This document shows, piece after piece, positions 10,296 through 20,882 of a DNA stretch of 64,000 bases. Origin of the DNA: an uncultured Candidatus Saccharibacteria bacterium (GTDB taxonomy: Bacteria > Patescibacteriota > Saccharimonadia > Saccharimonadales > Saccharimonadaceae); the NCBI GenBank assembly GCA_963525425.1, contig CAURII010000002.1, forward strand, positions 145,259 to 209,258, given 5' to 3'. The notes under the pieces are model-generated. The model worked only from the letters and a program-made list of their open reading frames with translations. It was not told the origin of the DNA and ran no database searches. Both the position numbers and the translations under genes were made by a program. The first letter of the stretch is position 1. Each line of letters starts with the position of its first letter.

Positions 10296-11756
10296 ATGAG
10301 TATAGAAAAAGCAGCTAATAATCTCAGCAGTTTTGAACAGTATCGAGAAGAGTATCTTACAAAGGTAATTGATAACCTGTTTAAAGACCCTGACCATCCT
10401 GAAAAGGAGCCAAGAGACCGCTCAATTGTTTATGTGCCGTATCATGGTGTCTCTAAATCATTACAGGAGAGCCTACCAGAAATTGTTTTTATTACAGATT
10501 CTCCTAAAGATAACCTTAAAGAGAACCCTGAAGACTTGAGCCTATACGAGCAAGCACAACGTGATAAATACCTGGGTGACCAATATGATGAAGGTGAATT
10601 CTCTCTGCTGTCTCCCGAGGCTTCAGTGAAAGCTGAGAATCCTAAAATACCTTCTGAAATACTTTCTAGGACAGACGTCATCATTAATATTGCTCGTGGT
10701 GAAGAAGTTATTGAAGCGGAGATTGATCACCCTGACAGGAATGTAAAATTACCGCCAGAGTCAGTGGCAAATACTGACATGGTGAGTAATCTGTATATAC
10801 AGGCGATTGAGACGGGTAATACTGATATACAAGTTATCCACACTGGTAGGATGAATAATAAGACAATTGCTATGGCGACAGCAATACCAGTTTTAGCTGA
10901 GAGTGCAGGGCTGAATTATGAAGATGTGATTCATACCTCTGATATGAAAATACGCCAATTGGTAGAGAAGAAACAAGTTGATTTGAAATATTTGATGTAT
11001 GAAGTTGACGCTGACCCAACAATGCAGGATATGCAGGTTTGTGTGCGGGCGCTTCGGCGAATATATGAGGCTCGTAATATTGACCCAGATACCGCGAGTT
11101 CGTCTGAGCTGGCTGACGCACTACTGGACGAATATAAGAAATATCCGCGCATCAGTACCTCGACATTAATGAAGGAGCAAATGTTACATAATGTCGCCGA
11201 GCAATTGTTAGCTTCTGGTATGACTGCGGACAAGGCTAGTGAGTTGATTCAAGAGCTGGATGCTCATACAGACGAGGAGCCTGACTCGGTTGATACAGTC
11301 ACTAACTTTACAAATAGCATCCCGATGATCTTGTCGAATGCACTGATTAAGGATGGCTATGCTGCTGACGAAGTTGGCGTCATGAGTACTGAGAAAAAAA
11401 TGGAATTATTGGCTAATTCTGAAATGACAGCGGTTATCGTAGCAGATATTGCGCATATGCCACGGGTGATGTGGTTGGCAGATTATCTGATGCCAGACAA
11501 CTTTAAGTTAGTATTCATCGAGAGTAGAACAGATTTAACTGAAGATGCACTACAAAAATCAATGGAACGTGAAGAGCGATCATTTATGCTTGGCAGTAAT
11601 TGGTTGTCAAATCAAATGGGAACTAGAAATCCAGCCAAGGTTGGTGAATTGGCAGATAGGGCTTATTGGGGTAAGAATAGCGTTAGCAATAAAGAGATCA
11701 ATCAAAACCTTCAAAATGCAAAAAATCAAATAGCATTAACTAAGCAGCTTGTCTAA
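10296..11756 (+). CDS. Acidic hypothetical protein with a DUF218/YdcF-like C-terminal region
   Basis: 486 aa; EEPDSVDTVTNF and AVIVADIAHMPRV resemble DUF218 motifs (E..S.dT..N; vT..yHmpRa). Confidence 0.55.
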   Translation: MSIEKAANNLSSFEQYREEYLTKVIDNLFKDPDHPEKEPRDRSIVYVPYHGVSKSLQESLPEIVFITDSPKDNLKENPEDLSLYEQAQRDKYLGDQYDEGEFSLLSPEASVKAENPKIPSEILSRTDVIINIARGEEVIEAEIDHPDRNVKLPPESVANTDMVSNLYIQAIETGNTDIQVIHTGRMNNKTIAMATAIPVLAESAGLNYEDVIHTSDMKIRQLVEKKQVDLKYLMYEVDADPTMQDMQVCVRALRRIYEARNIDPDTASSSELADALLDEYKKYPRISTSTLMKEQMLHNVAEQLLASGMTADKASELIQELDAHTDEEPDSVDTVTNFTNSIPMILSNALIKDGYAADEVGVMSTEKKMELLANSEMTAVIVADIAHMPRVMWLADYLMPDNFKLVFIESRTDLTEDALQKSMEREERSFMLGSNWLSNQMGTRNPAKVGELADRAYWGKNSVSNKEINQNLQNAKNQIALTKQLV

Positions 11757-12578
11757 TTTATCCTGCCAATTCTCTGACATAAAGCCAAGCCTTTCGATCT
11801 TGGTTAAGTCTAATGTGCTTTGCAGTGGTCGCTGAGCGACACCTGGCTTATTAGCGAAATATTCAGCAGTAGAAACTGGCTGTACGTCTGAAGATGATTT
11901 GCCTGATTTCTCGAAGATAATTTTAGCAATCTCTGCCCAACTGGCTGGCTGGCCTTCATTGGTTAGATTATACGTGCCATACGGTGCGCCTGTTGCTAGT
12001 AAATGTTTGATGCCGCGTGCCAAAGTGTCGGTGAAGGTTAGGCGACCAATCTGGTCGTTAACGACGGAAGGTTTGACACCACGCGCTGCTAGATCTTGCA
12101 TAATGTTAACAAAGTTTCTGCCGTCGCCGATTACCCAGGATGTGCGAATGATGTAATGTTTGATTGTGGTGGCGGCCGCTAGGTCGCCATCAGCTTTAGT
12201 TTTGCCATAAATGTTGAGTGGTGAAAAAGTTTCGTCTTCGTTGTGGATTGGCTGGGAACCATCAAAAATATATTCCGAAGATATATGCACCAATGTTAAG
12301 CTGTGAGTTGTTGCAGCCTCTGATAAATACTTCACCGCTTGGTGATTAACTAGGTCGACTTGGTGAAAGTTCTCAGGCTTTTCGGCGGCATCGACGTCAG
12401 TCCAGGCGGCAGCATTGATAATAATCGAATTAGGTTGCCATTTGAATGATTTGACAGCAGCCTCGTCGGTAATGTCTAATTCTTGACGAGTTAAGGCAAT
12501 GGCATTTGGGAAAATGATACGGAGTGCGCGCCCCAGTTGGCCATTAGCACCGGTAATAACCACCGTCTTATTATTCAT
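11736..12578 (-). CDS. rmlD: dTDP-4-dehydrorhamnose reductase
   Basis: GANGQLG, NAAAWTDVD.AE, ISSEYIFDG, PLNIYGKTK, VVNDQIG; coupled to rmlC. Confidence 0.9.
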   Translation of the reverse strand: MNNKTVVITGANGQLGRALRIIFPNAIALTRQELDITDEAAVKSFKWQPNSIIINAAAWTDVDAAEKPENFHQVDLVNHQAVKYLSEAATTHSLTLVHISSEYIFDGSQPIHNEDETFSPLNIYGKTKADGDLAAATTIKHYIIRTSWVIGDGRNFVNIMQDLAARGVKPSVVNDQIGRLTFTDTLARGIKHLLATGAPYGTYNLTNEGQPASWAEIAKIIFEKSGKSSSDVQPVSTAEYFANKPGVAQRPLQSTLDLTKIERLGFMSENWQDKLDKLLS

Positions 12579-13147
12579 TAAACCTCCATCGGAATTACGT
12601 TTGTAAGTAGTGGATGAGCGGCGTCTTTTTCAGAAATGATCGCTTGCTCTTGGCTGATTGGCCATTTAATACCAAGTGCCGGGTCAAACAGATTAACAAA
12701 AGTGTATGTGGCGTCTGGTGACCAGTGCGCGTCAACTAGGTACGTGTAGGCGATATTATCGTCAAGTGCTTGGTAGCCGTTAGCGACGCCTTTGGGTACA
12801 AAAATTGCCGTGCCAGGGTTAATTTCGTGCGTGAAAACTCGGCCGAAGCTATCGCCTTTACGCAAATCACACCACGCGCCGAACACACGGCCGTTGGCGG
12901 TGGAGATGAACTTGTTCCACGGCTCGGCGTGCAGACCGCGAGTAGCGCCGGCTTTGTCGTTGAAGCTGATGTTGTTTTGCACGATGGTAAATGACGGCAG
13001 TCCCAGTGCTTCCATTTTTTCCTTTTGATAGTTTTCTTTGAACCAGCCGCGGTTGTCGCCGTGAACGGGCAGTTTGATGACGAACAACCCTGGAATGGGC
13101 GATTTGGTGACGGTTAGTTCGTTGTAGTCGCTTGGATTAAAGCTCAT
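12578..13147 (-). CDS. rmlC: dTDP-4-dehydrorhamnose 3,5-epimerase
   Basis: HGDNRGWFKE, QNNIS, RGLHAEPW, DLRKGDSFG, PKGVANGYQAL; likely start at 13147 overlaps the NUDIX stop. Confidence 0.93.
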   Translation of the reverse strand: MSFNPSDYNELTVTKSPIPGLFVIKLPVHGDNRGWFKENYQKEKMEALGLPSFTIVQNNISFNDKAGATRGLHAEPWNKFISTANGRVFGAWCDLRKGDSFGRVFTHEINPGTAIFVPKGVANGYQALDDNIAYTYLVDAHWSPDATYTFVNLFDPALGIKWPISQEQAIISEKDAAHPLLTNVIPMEV

Positions 13148-13692
13148 AGATTGTCCTTTCGCCATAGTTGATAATAGTGTAGTCCTGCCAGGGTTTGGCA
13201 ATCATTAATTTCGCCTTCTCGAATCAAATCATCGATCTCATTAAGCGTGAAAAACCGCATATCGCTAAACACTTCATCGCTTTGTTCACGTTGGCCAGTG
13301 AAGCTTAGTTCTCGGGCTAGGCAAACGGCCATTTTCTCCGTCATTAAACCATTGCAAACATACGCTTCACCTAGTTTTTGCCAGGACTGGGCGATGATAC
13401 CGGTCTCTTCCTCAAGTTCGCGTTTTGAGGCTTCTAATAGATCTTCATTGTCACCCCCACCGCCGGGCAGCTCCCAGCCAAAGCTCTGTGAGGGATAGCG
13501 AAAGCCGCGCACCAAATACAAGCGCTCTTGGTCGTCTACCACTATAACCATGCACGAGTCTCGCGACTCCATGTAACCATAAATCCCAGTGTTTCCGTCT
13601 GGACTAACAGTTTGGTCTTCGTGAATGGTAATCCAAGGATTTTGATAGACGATTTTACTGCTGACTTTTGTTTTTGACGGCACATCTGTCAT
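13144..13692 (-). CDS. NUDIX hydrolase (ADP-ribose pyrophosphatase-like)
   Basis: Nudix box WELPGGGGDNEDLLEASKRELEEETG. Confidence 0.88.
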   Translation of the reverse strand: MTDVPSKTKVSSKIVYQNPWITIHEDQTVSPDGNTGIYGYMESRDSCMVIVVDDQERLYLVRGFRYPSQSFGWELPGGGGDNEDLLEASKRELEEETGIIAQSWQKLGEAYVCNGLMTEKMAVCLARELSFTGQREQSDEVFSDMRFFTLNEIDDLIREGEINDCQTLAGLHYYQLWRKDNL

Positions 13693-13694
13693 GA

Positions 13695-14720
<1,026 letters not shown>

Positions 14721-14754
14721 TCAGGTATAATATAGAAGTTATAGAGGAGGATAT

Positions 14755-15192
14755 ATGAAAATTGTAATTGTTAGCGGCTATTTTAATCCATTGCACGGTG
14801 GGCATTTGGATATGATTGAAGCGGCGGCAAAAATGGGTGATTATTTGATTGTGGTTGTTAATAACGACAAACAGCAATTACTTAAAAAAGGAAAAATCAT
14901 TCTCAATGAGGAAAATCGGCTTCGATTAATGCGAGCATTAAAAGGTGTTGATCAAGTAATGTTGTCTATTGACGAAGAGCCGCCAGTTACAGAAACGTTA
15001 GAAATGATTGCGCGACAGTATCCGGGCTGTAAGCTGGTGTTTGCTAATGGTGGTGATCGATCGGCACCAGAGGTTGTACCAGAGCGTGATGTTTGTGAAA
15101 AATATAACATCGAAATGGTATATGGAGTTGGCGGTACAAATAAAGCAGATTCGTCTACGCGTATAAATCAGGCTACTGGTCAAGAAAGTTAA
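14755..15192 (+). CDS. Cytidylyl/adenylyltransferase family protein (HxGH)
   Basis: SGYFNPLHGGH, VVVNND, FANGGDR, K..SS. Confidence 0.85.
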   Translation: MKIVIVSGYFNPLHGGHLDMIEAAAKMGDYLIVVVNNDKQQLLKKGKIILNEENRLRLMRALKGVDQVMLSIDEEPPVTETLEMIARQYPGCKLVFANGGDRSAPEVVPERDVCEKYNIEMVYGVGGTNKADSSTRINQATGQES

Positions 15193-16292
15193 TTTTTATT
15201 CTGGTTACCATATTGTTCATAAACCGCCAGTGTCTGCTCGGCCATCCTCTTCCAGGAAAAAGTTTTGACGTGCTGCTTGCCTTTTTTAATCAACTGGCGG
15301 CGCAATTTTTCATCAGTCAAAACATCATCAATAGCGCATGCTATATCCTCGACATCGTACGGATCAAAATAATGAGCGGCATCGCCGTGAGTTTCTGGCA
15401 GGCAAGTAGCGGTGCTTGAAGCAACTGGCGCACCATGGAGCATGGCCTCAAGGCCTGGCAAACCAAAACCTTCACTTAGCGACGGGAAGCAATAAACAGC
15501 CGTATTCTCATACATCCAGCGTAATTGCTCATCTGATATAAAATCAGTAAAAATGACGTTTTTAATATTATGTTCGTTAACGTAAGCTTCGTGTCGAGCG
15601 TAATTACTATCCTTCTTGCCAGCCAAGGCTAATGTCAGCTCTGGATATTTTTTTTGTAATGATGCAAAAGCGTCAATTAATCGCCGTAGGTTTTTATGCG
15701 GAGTTGGCCGGCCAATATACATAATAAATTTTTTTCCAATCAGTTCTTTGACAGGATCATTGGCCTTTGGCAATTCGTCGGCTGACTCCAGCGTCACTGT
15801 AATTTTATCTGGACTAATGCCAGTAAATCCAACCAAATCATTTTTCACGAAATCGGAAATAGTAATTATATGAGCGGATTTTCGAGCAACTTTTTTATTG
15901 ACCCATTTGTAAATTTGCTGCTTTATCCAGAAGATAACGGGATTTTTATCAGGATTCTTGAACCGAACGGTGGTCAAATCTTGCATGGTGGTGACGACTG
16001 GACTAGCATGATACCAAACCGGTTGCTGAACCATTGCAAAATGCACCAGGTCTAGATTCAGCCCCTCCAATTGTTTTTTAAAATCAATTTGTTCAGAAAA
16101 AGTATATTCTTTATAAGGGCAGGCTACTTTTTGGAAACGCAGATTAGTTGGTTGCCAGCTGTCAAAATCCTTTGGCTTTAATAGAATAATATAATCGTTT
16201 TTCTTATCGATCTTTTGTAGATAATGAATCAGGCGTTCAATGTAGCGGCCAGTACTTGTTCGTAATGTGCGAGCGTCAATGGCGATTTTCAT
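15189..16292 (-). CDS. Glycosyltransferase family 4
   Basis: MKIAIDAR, G.GRY, KNL.RLI.AF, FPSLSEGFGLPGLEAM; start set at 16292. Confidence 0.9.
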   Translation of the reverse strand: MKIAIDARTLRTSTGRYIERLIHYLQKIDKKNDYIILLKPKDFDSWQPTNLRFQKVACPYKEYTFSEQIDFKKQLEGLNLDLVHFAMVQQPVWYHASPVVTTMQDLTTVRFKNPDKNPVIFWIKQQIYKWVNKKVARKSAHIITISDFVKNDLVGFTGISPDKITVTLESADELPKANDPVKELIGKKFIMYIGRPTPHKNLRRLIDAFASLQKKYPELTLALAGKKDSNYARHEAYVNEHNIKNVIFTDFISDEQLRWMYENTAVYCFPSLSEGFGLPGLEAMLHGAPVASSTATCLPETHGDAAHYFDPYDVEDIACAIDDVLTDEKLRRQLIKKGKQHVKTFSWKRMAEQTLAVYEQYGNQNKN

Positions 16293-17418
16293 GAGAATAC
16301 TCCTTCCATGATTTTTCAACTATATTTTTCATTGATTTGCGGAAAATGGCGGCTGAAAATTCATTGGCAGTGGCAGAAATTTTTGTTGGCGAAACTTTTT
16401 TACCCGGCAATTCTTTCAAGGTTTTTATCAATTGCTCGGCTGTTTGTTCTGAGAAAAACCAGCCGTTTTTTTCTGGCTTAATATAATCAAGTGCGCCGCC
16501 CGCTTGGTAGGCGACGACTGGAATTCCAGCCGCTAAGGCCTCAACTGGCGCGATACCAAAGTCTTCATGCGAGCAAAAAATAAATAGATCGGCTTTTTTA
16601 ATATATTTTTCTCGCGTTGTATCAGCAGCAAATCCTAAGAAATTTGTATGTGGTCCAGCCAGTTTTTTTAGACGGTCCATGTCGGGGCCTTTGCCTATAA
16701 TATCCAGCTGCCAACCAAGTTTTTGGCAGGCGTCGATAGCTATATCAAGTCGCTTCATTGGTACAATTCTTCCCCAAATCAGGCAACGTGGTTTTTTAGG
16801 AATGATTTTTTTCTGACGAGTTTTAGCCAGCGGCGAGAAATTTGATAAGTCGATTGGCGGAAAAATAACGGTACTTTTTTTCTGGTAAAATTCTGCGATA
16901 TCAGCTTGTATGCCGGTGGAATTGGCAATGAAAATATCAACTTGCTGGGCAGCAGCAAAATCGCGTTTTTTCAACGGACGAACCAAAGTTTTTAAGCCTA
17001 ATCTGGCTAGCCAGTGCGGACGAAAACTGGGGCGCTTAATATATTCATCATAGTGCCGCCAATAAAAATGCGTTGGTGTATGACAATAGCAAATATGCAG
17101 TTGTTCGGGGCGGGACTTACGGGCAAATTTAGCTTCGCCGTTACCTGAGCTAGAAATGATAATATCATACTCGCTAAGGTCAAGCTGTGCAAACCACCAT
17201 TGCCTCAAGAGCGGCAAAAAGCGACGGAGTTTTGAAAATGGCCAGAGCTGCAAATAGCCAGTGATGACTTTATTATCTAGCTTGTTTCGCCATTCGTCGC
17301 TACAAAATGAAGTATAAATTGGCGCCTCTGGATATAATTTGTGAATTTCTAAGACGACTTTTTCCGCGCCGCCGCCATACAACCAGTCGTGAACTATGGC
17401 AATTTTCGGCTTGCTCAT
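16276..17418 (-). CDS. Glycosyltransferase family 4
   Basis: AIVHDWL..GGAEKV, CYCHTP, IANS, EDFGIAPVEALAAG.PV; start set at 17418. Confidence 0.9.
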   Translation of the reverse strand: MSKPKIAIVHDWLYGGGAEKVVLEIHKLYPEAPIYTSFCSDEWRNKLDNKVITGYLQLWPFSKLRRFLPLLRQWWFAQLDLSEYDIIISSSGNGEAKFARKSRPEQLHICYCHTPTHFYWRHYDEYIKRPSFRPHWLARLGLKTLVRPLKKRDFAAAQQVDIFIANSTGIQADIAEFYQKKSTVIFPPIDLSNFSPLAKTRQKKIIPKKPRCLIWGRIVPMKRLDIAIDACQKLGWQLDIIGKGPDMDRLKKLAGPHTNFLGFAADTTREKYIKKADLFIFCSHEDFGIAPVEALAAGIPVVAYQAGGALDYIKPEKNGWFFSEQTAEQLIKTLKELPGKKVSPTKISATANEFSAAIFRKSMKNIVEKSWKEYSHENRH

Positions 17419-18839
17419 CAATTGTCCTTTTGGAAAATAACCAAGCAGGTTTTTAATAGAATAGTAATATCCAGCCATAAACTCCAGTTCTGTACATAAT
17501 AAAGATCAATTCGCCGCCGTTCCTCAAAGCTAATACTGCGCCTGCCAGAGACTACCGCCAGCCCAGTCAATCCGGATTTTACCGCCAGTAAAACATGTTT
17601 TTTATCGTATGCGCTGAGTTCATGCGGTACCAGTGCGCGCGGACCAACCAGACTTATGTCACCCTTTAGGACATTAAACAACTGCGGCAATTCATCCAGG
17701 CTAAAGCGGCGGATAAATCGGCCGACTGGCGTAACGCGAAAATCTTGATCAAGTTTATCGCCGTTTTTACGATACTCTTCAATCAGTTCCGGTTTGCCGA
17801 CCATTTGGAATACTTCTTCGTCGGTTTTACCGTCAAATTTGGCGTAATGCGAGCGGAATTTGTAAACTTTGAATGGCCGGTTATAACGAGTGAGACGCTT
17901 TTGTTGTTTGCCGTGCATCAAGATTGGGCCGACTGGGTCGCTAATTTTCACGGCAATTGCTACCAAAAGCATTATCGGCGAGGCTAAAATAATACCAATC
18001 GTTCCGCCAACGATATCCATAATTCGTTTCACAATCTGGCCGTAACCCATCAGCGGCGTCGGATGAGCGTGAATTAGCGGCACGGAATCGATGATGTCAA
18101 TAGTGTGTTTGGCGGTCATAATTCCGTCAAGTTCTGGCGATTGGTAAAAATCAAGATAGTGTTTTTGGGCAAGTTGATAATGTTCGCCGACTTTTTTTGA
18201 ATCGGTTTGGATGATAACGTCAATTTTATCTCTAGTCAGCGCCGATTCCAGCGACGATCGCCTTAGTTTCTTCAGTTCAATCGGAATAAACTCAGCCCTC
18301 GCCACAATCCCGCTAATCTTAAAGCCAGTCAATGGATTGTTCTCAATAAAATCGGCCAAAACATGAGTTAAATCGCAATTGCCAATCAGCACAACTCGGC
18401 GTGCTCCCAACCCGCGTTTTAACAGACGCAAGCGAATAATATTTGCCGTACTTCGAAACATCATCAGTAAAATGAAGCCGATTCCCGCGGCATAGACAGC
18501 GACAAGCTTGGCCGGAAACAGCGGCGTGTTGGTGAAAAAGGTTACTGAAATCATAATCATAATTCCGGTAACTGACGCCAGAAGAATTCGTCCAAATTGG
18601 CGCAAAGGATGCGTGTAGCTTTCGCGGTCGTAAAGTCCGAAGAAATAAAACATAATAATCCATAGAGGCAAGGTCATGATGATAGAAGTGATAAAATCTA
18701 GAGAATTAATGCTAATGTGAAACGGTCTGGGGTCTAAGGAAATTCGCAGCACATAAGCAATGGTAAAGGCGCTCACTAAAGCCAGAATATCCAGGACAAC
18801 TAAGGCAATTTTGAAGTAAAAATCAGACTTTTTCCGCAT
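17418..18839 (-). CDS. Undecaprenyl-phosphate priming sugar-phosphate transferase (WcaJ/WbaP-like)
   Basis: N-terminal TMs; KR.MD, YKFRS, D.RVT.VGRF.RR.SLDELPQLFNVLKGD.SLVGPR, DLYYVQNWSLWLD. Confidence 0.92.
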   Translation of the reverse strand: MRKKSDFYFKIALVVLDILALVSAFTIAYVLRISLDPRPFHISINSLDFITSIIMTLPLWIIMFYFFGLYDRESYTHPLRQFGRILLASVTGIMIMISVTFFTNTPLFPAKLVAVYAAGIGFILLMMFRSTANIIRLRLLKRGLGARRVVLIGNCDLTHVLADFIENNPLTGFKISGIVARAEFIPIELKKLRRSSLESALTRDKIDVIIQTDSKKVGEHYQLAQKHYLDFYQSPELDGIMTAKHTIDIIDSVPLIHAHPTPLMGYGQIVKRIMDIVGGTIGIILASPIMLLVAIAVKISDPVGPILMHGKQQKRLTRYNRPFKVYKFRSHYAKFDGKTDEEVFQMVGKPELIEEYRKNGDKLDQDFRVTPVGRFIRRFSLDELPQLFNVLKGDISLVGPRALVPHELSAYDKKHVLLAVKSGLTGLAVVSGRRSISFEERRRIDLYYVQNWSLWLDITILLKTCLVIFQKDN

Positions 18840-20250
18840 AATCTTTGGGGTAATTATACAAAAATATACCAATTATAGCAAAACAATGGATTGTGTTAAT
18901 GAAACTGCCGAAAAACCAAAAGTGTATAAATAAGGCGACTGTCAACGATAAAATAAATTGGGCTTTAGTTTGGCGGAGATTTTTTATGGCAAAGAAGAGA
19001 ATAATAAACGGCGTAATGATGAGCGGCAGCAGTCCAACAATACCCAGTCCGCTAAGTAGTAGAATGTAGAAAATGTAGACGGTTTGGTCGGTCGGTACGC
19101 TAACGTGGAGATGTTTCTGAATGAAGCTGCCGAGGTTGCCAAGACCGACGCCGAAGAAAAAGGTGCGCGGCGAGTTTAGCCAGGATTTAATCGCTAGGTC
19201 GCTGGCGCTAAGACGATCGTTGGCTGAGGCTTCAACGAAACCGGCAGGTTGAAAGGTTTGTCCGGATGAAGCTGACTTTATATCCGGCGTGTTATGCGGA
19301 GAAGGACTTTTCGCCGCTGGTGCCGGCTGGTTTTTCACGGTGGTTTTTTGCGGGATTTTGATTCGGCCGAGCGATAGCTGGTCAATCATACTAACAAGCG
19401 TGTTGTGCGCGATAAACGGCGAACTGCTATAGCGAACGTTGGCGGATAAAAATAGTAAAGTAAATCCGAAAAATGTGCCGATGATAATCAGAGGAAGTTT
19501 TTTATAGAGGAAAGAAATATTGAGGCGCTCGATTGAGGCTATAGCGATGAAAATTATGATGGCTAGAAAAATTGCTAAGAACCCGCCTCGAGAAAAAGTC
19601 AAGGCGATGGCTGTGGCGGTGAAAAACAGGCTGAATTGAGCGAGGCGAGATTTTGGCTGGAAGAGGGCTAAGAAAAAGGCGGGTAGCAGGGCGTTGGCTA
19701 GGAATTGCGGTTCGGCAGCGAATAGATTGATGCGGGGAAAACCAAAAACGTTGGCCTTGCAGCCAGGGCAAAGCGTGCCAAAGCCAGTTGGTTCGAAGGT
19801 GGCGGCGATAAGCTGGATGATAGCTAAGATTCCGAAAACCAAACCGCTCCATAAGCCAATGCGGATGAACTTATGTTTTTGGTTTTTAGATAATTGGCGG
19901 TAGGTTACAGCGGCCGCCAAACCGATAGCTAGTAAAAACAAGAGCGATAATGAATAAAGTATAGTGCGAAGATGCGCTTCGGCGAAAAAGACACCGATGG
20001 ACATGGCTAGAAAAATTGCTAAGAACCCGCCAATTAGGTAACGATTTTTAAGGAATCTTTGGCAGTTTGTAAATAATAGCGGTAAAGATGTGACAAGGAG
20101 GCCAGCAGCTGACATTTGATACAAACCCAGGCGTAGAGAGGGAAAATCAAGGATTGCTAAGCTTAGGCTGGGACTTAAGGCAAAGACGCCGCCAAAAATA
20201 ACTATTGCCAGAAACCAAAATCGAGCGTCGCTCATAAAGTTTTTTGCCAT
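18823..20250 (-). CDS. O-antigen ligase/Wzy_C-family membrane protein
   Basis: Polytopic; F.EP.FLA, LTFSRGG and FGVGLGN motifs; start MAKNF at 20250 follows a -10 box. Confidence 0.75.
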   Translation of the reverse strand: MAKNFMSDARFWFLAIVIFGGVFALSPSLSLAILDFPSLRLGLYQMSAAGLLVTSLPLLFTNCQRFLKNRYLIGGFLAIFLAMSIGVFFAEAHLRTILYSLSLLFLLAIGLAAAVTYRQLSKNQKHKFIRIGLWSGLVFGILAIIQLIAATFEPTGFGTLCPGCKANVFGFPRINLFAAEPQFLANALLPAFFLALFQPKSRLAQFSLFFTATAIALTFSRGGFLAIFLAIIIFIAIASIERLNISFLYKKLPLIIIGTFFGFTLLFLSANVRYSSSPFIAHNTLVSMIDQLSLGRIKIPQKTTVKNQPAPAAKSPSPHNTPDIKSASSGQTFQPAGFVEASANDRLSASDLAIKSWLNSPRTFFFGVGLGNLGSFIQKHLHVSVPTDQTVYIFYILLLSGLGIVGLLPLIITPFIILFFAIKNLRQTKAQFILSLTVALFIHFWFFGSFINTIHCFAIIGIFLYNYPKDYAEKV

Positions 20251-20284
20251 ATTGTAAGTATAACGCATGGTGTATACTTTAGAT

Positions 20285-20617
20285 ATGCAACTGACGAAAA
20301 AGCAAAAAATAATGCTGGATTTTATCGATGGGTTTATCAAGGGTAACGGCTATAGTCCGACGTTGCGGGAAATTATGCGGGCGCTGGGGTATAAGTCGGT
20401 CTCGACGGTGGCGAAGCATGTCGATAATTTGGTGGCGGCCGGGATGTTAGATAAGCGCGACGGCGAGGTACGGTCATTGGTGTTATGTCAGGCGGAAAAA
20501 GAGGCTTGGTGGCAAAACTTGGTGAAGGAGATTAAGCAGCGGGAAGCGGCGGATGATGAGAAATCGCGCTCGGAAGCGGAGGTTTTGAAAAAAGCCCTGG
20601 AAATTGTCCGCCGGTAA
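20285..20617 (+). CDS. LexA-type DNA-binding domain protein without the peptidase domain
   Basis: LTKKQK..LDFI..FI..NGYSPTLREI..ALG.KSVSTV.KHV..L...G; only about 110 aa, no S24 domain. Confidence 0.8.
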   Translation: MQLTKKQKIMLDFIDGFIKGNGYSPTLREIMRALGYKSVSTVAKHVDNLVAAGMLDKRDGEVRSLVLCQAEKEAWWQNLVKEIKQREAADDEKSRSEAEVLKKALEIVRR

Positions 20618-20618
20618 C

Positions 20619-20647
20619 TTTACAACTGATTGAAAACTCGCTATAAT
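20619..20647 (+). promoter_or_regulatory. tRNA promoter
   Basis: TTTACA (20619) - 17 bp - TATAAT (20642). Confidence 0.7.
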
Positions 20648-20658
20648 ACAACACATAT

Positions 20659-20733
20659 TCCGGGGTAGCTCAGCGGTAGAGCGGTTGGCTGTTAACCAAT
20701 AGGCCGCGGGTTCGAACCCCGCCCCCGGAGCCA
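20659..20733 (+). tRNA. tRNA-Asn (GTT)
   Basis: Full cloverleaf: acceptor TCCGGGG/CCCCGGA, D arm GCTC/GAGC, anticodon loop CTGTTAA, T loop TTCGAAC, encoded CCA. Confidence 0.97.
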
Positions 20734-20746
20734 GATTTTATATTTT

Positions 20747-20770
20747 ATCACTCTTATTGAGTGATTTTTG
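20747..20770 (+). terminator. Intrinsic terminator after tRNA-Asn
   Basis: ATCACTC-TTATT-GAGTGAT followed by a T run. Confidence 0.6.
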
Positions 20771-20822
20771 TTTGTAATATTTTACGTTTATAATGGCCTC
20801 ATGAATGCTGTATAGTCCTATG

Positions 20823-20853
20823 AAATACCACCCTTATTATAGGGTGGTATTTT
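20823..20853. terminator. Hairpin terminator, probably for the GH16 gene (possibly bidirectional)
   Basis: AAATACCACCCT-TATTAT-AGGGTGGTATTT perfect stem. Confidence 0.7.
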
Positions 20854-20882
20854 GTGCGGATTTATATGTAGTTGTGGATAGC

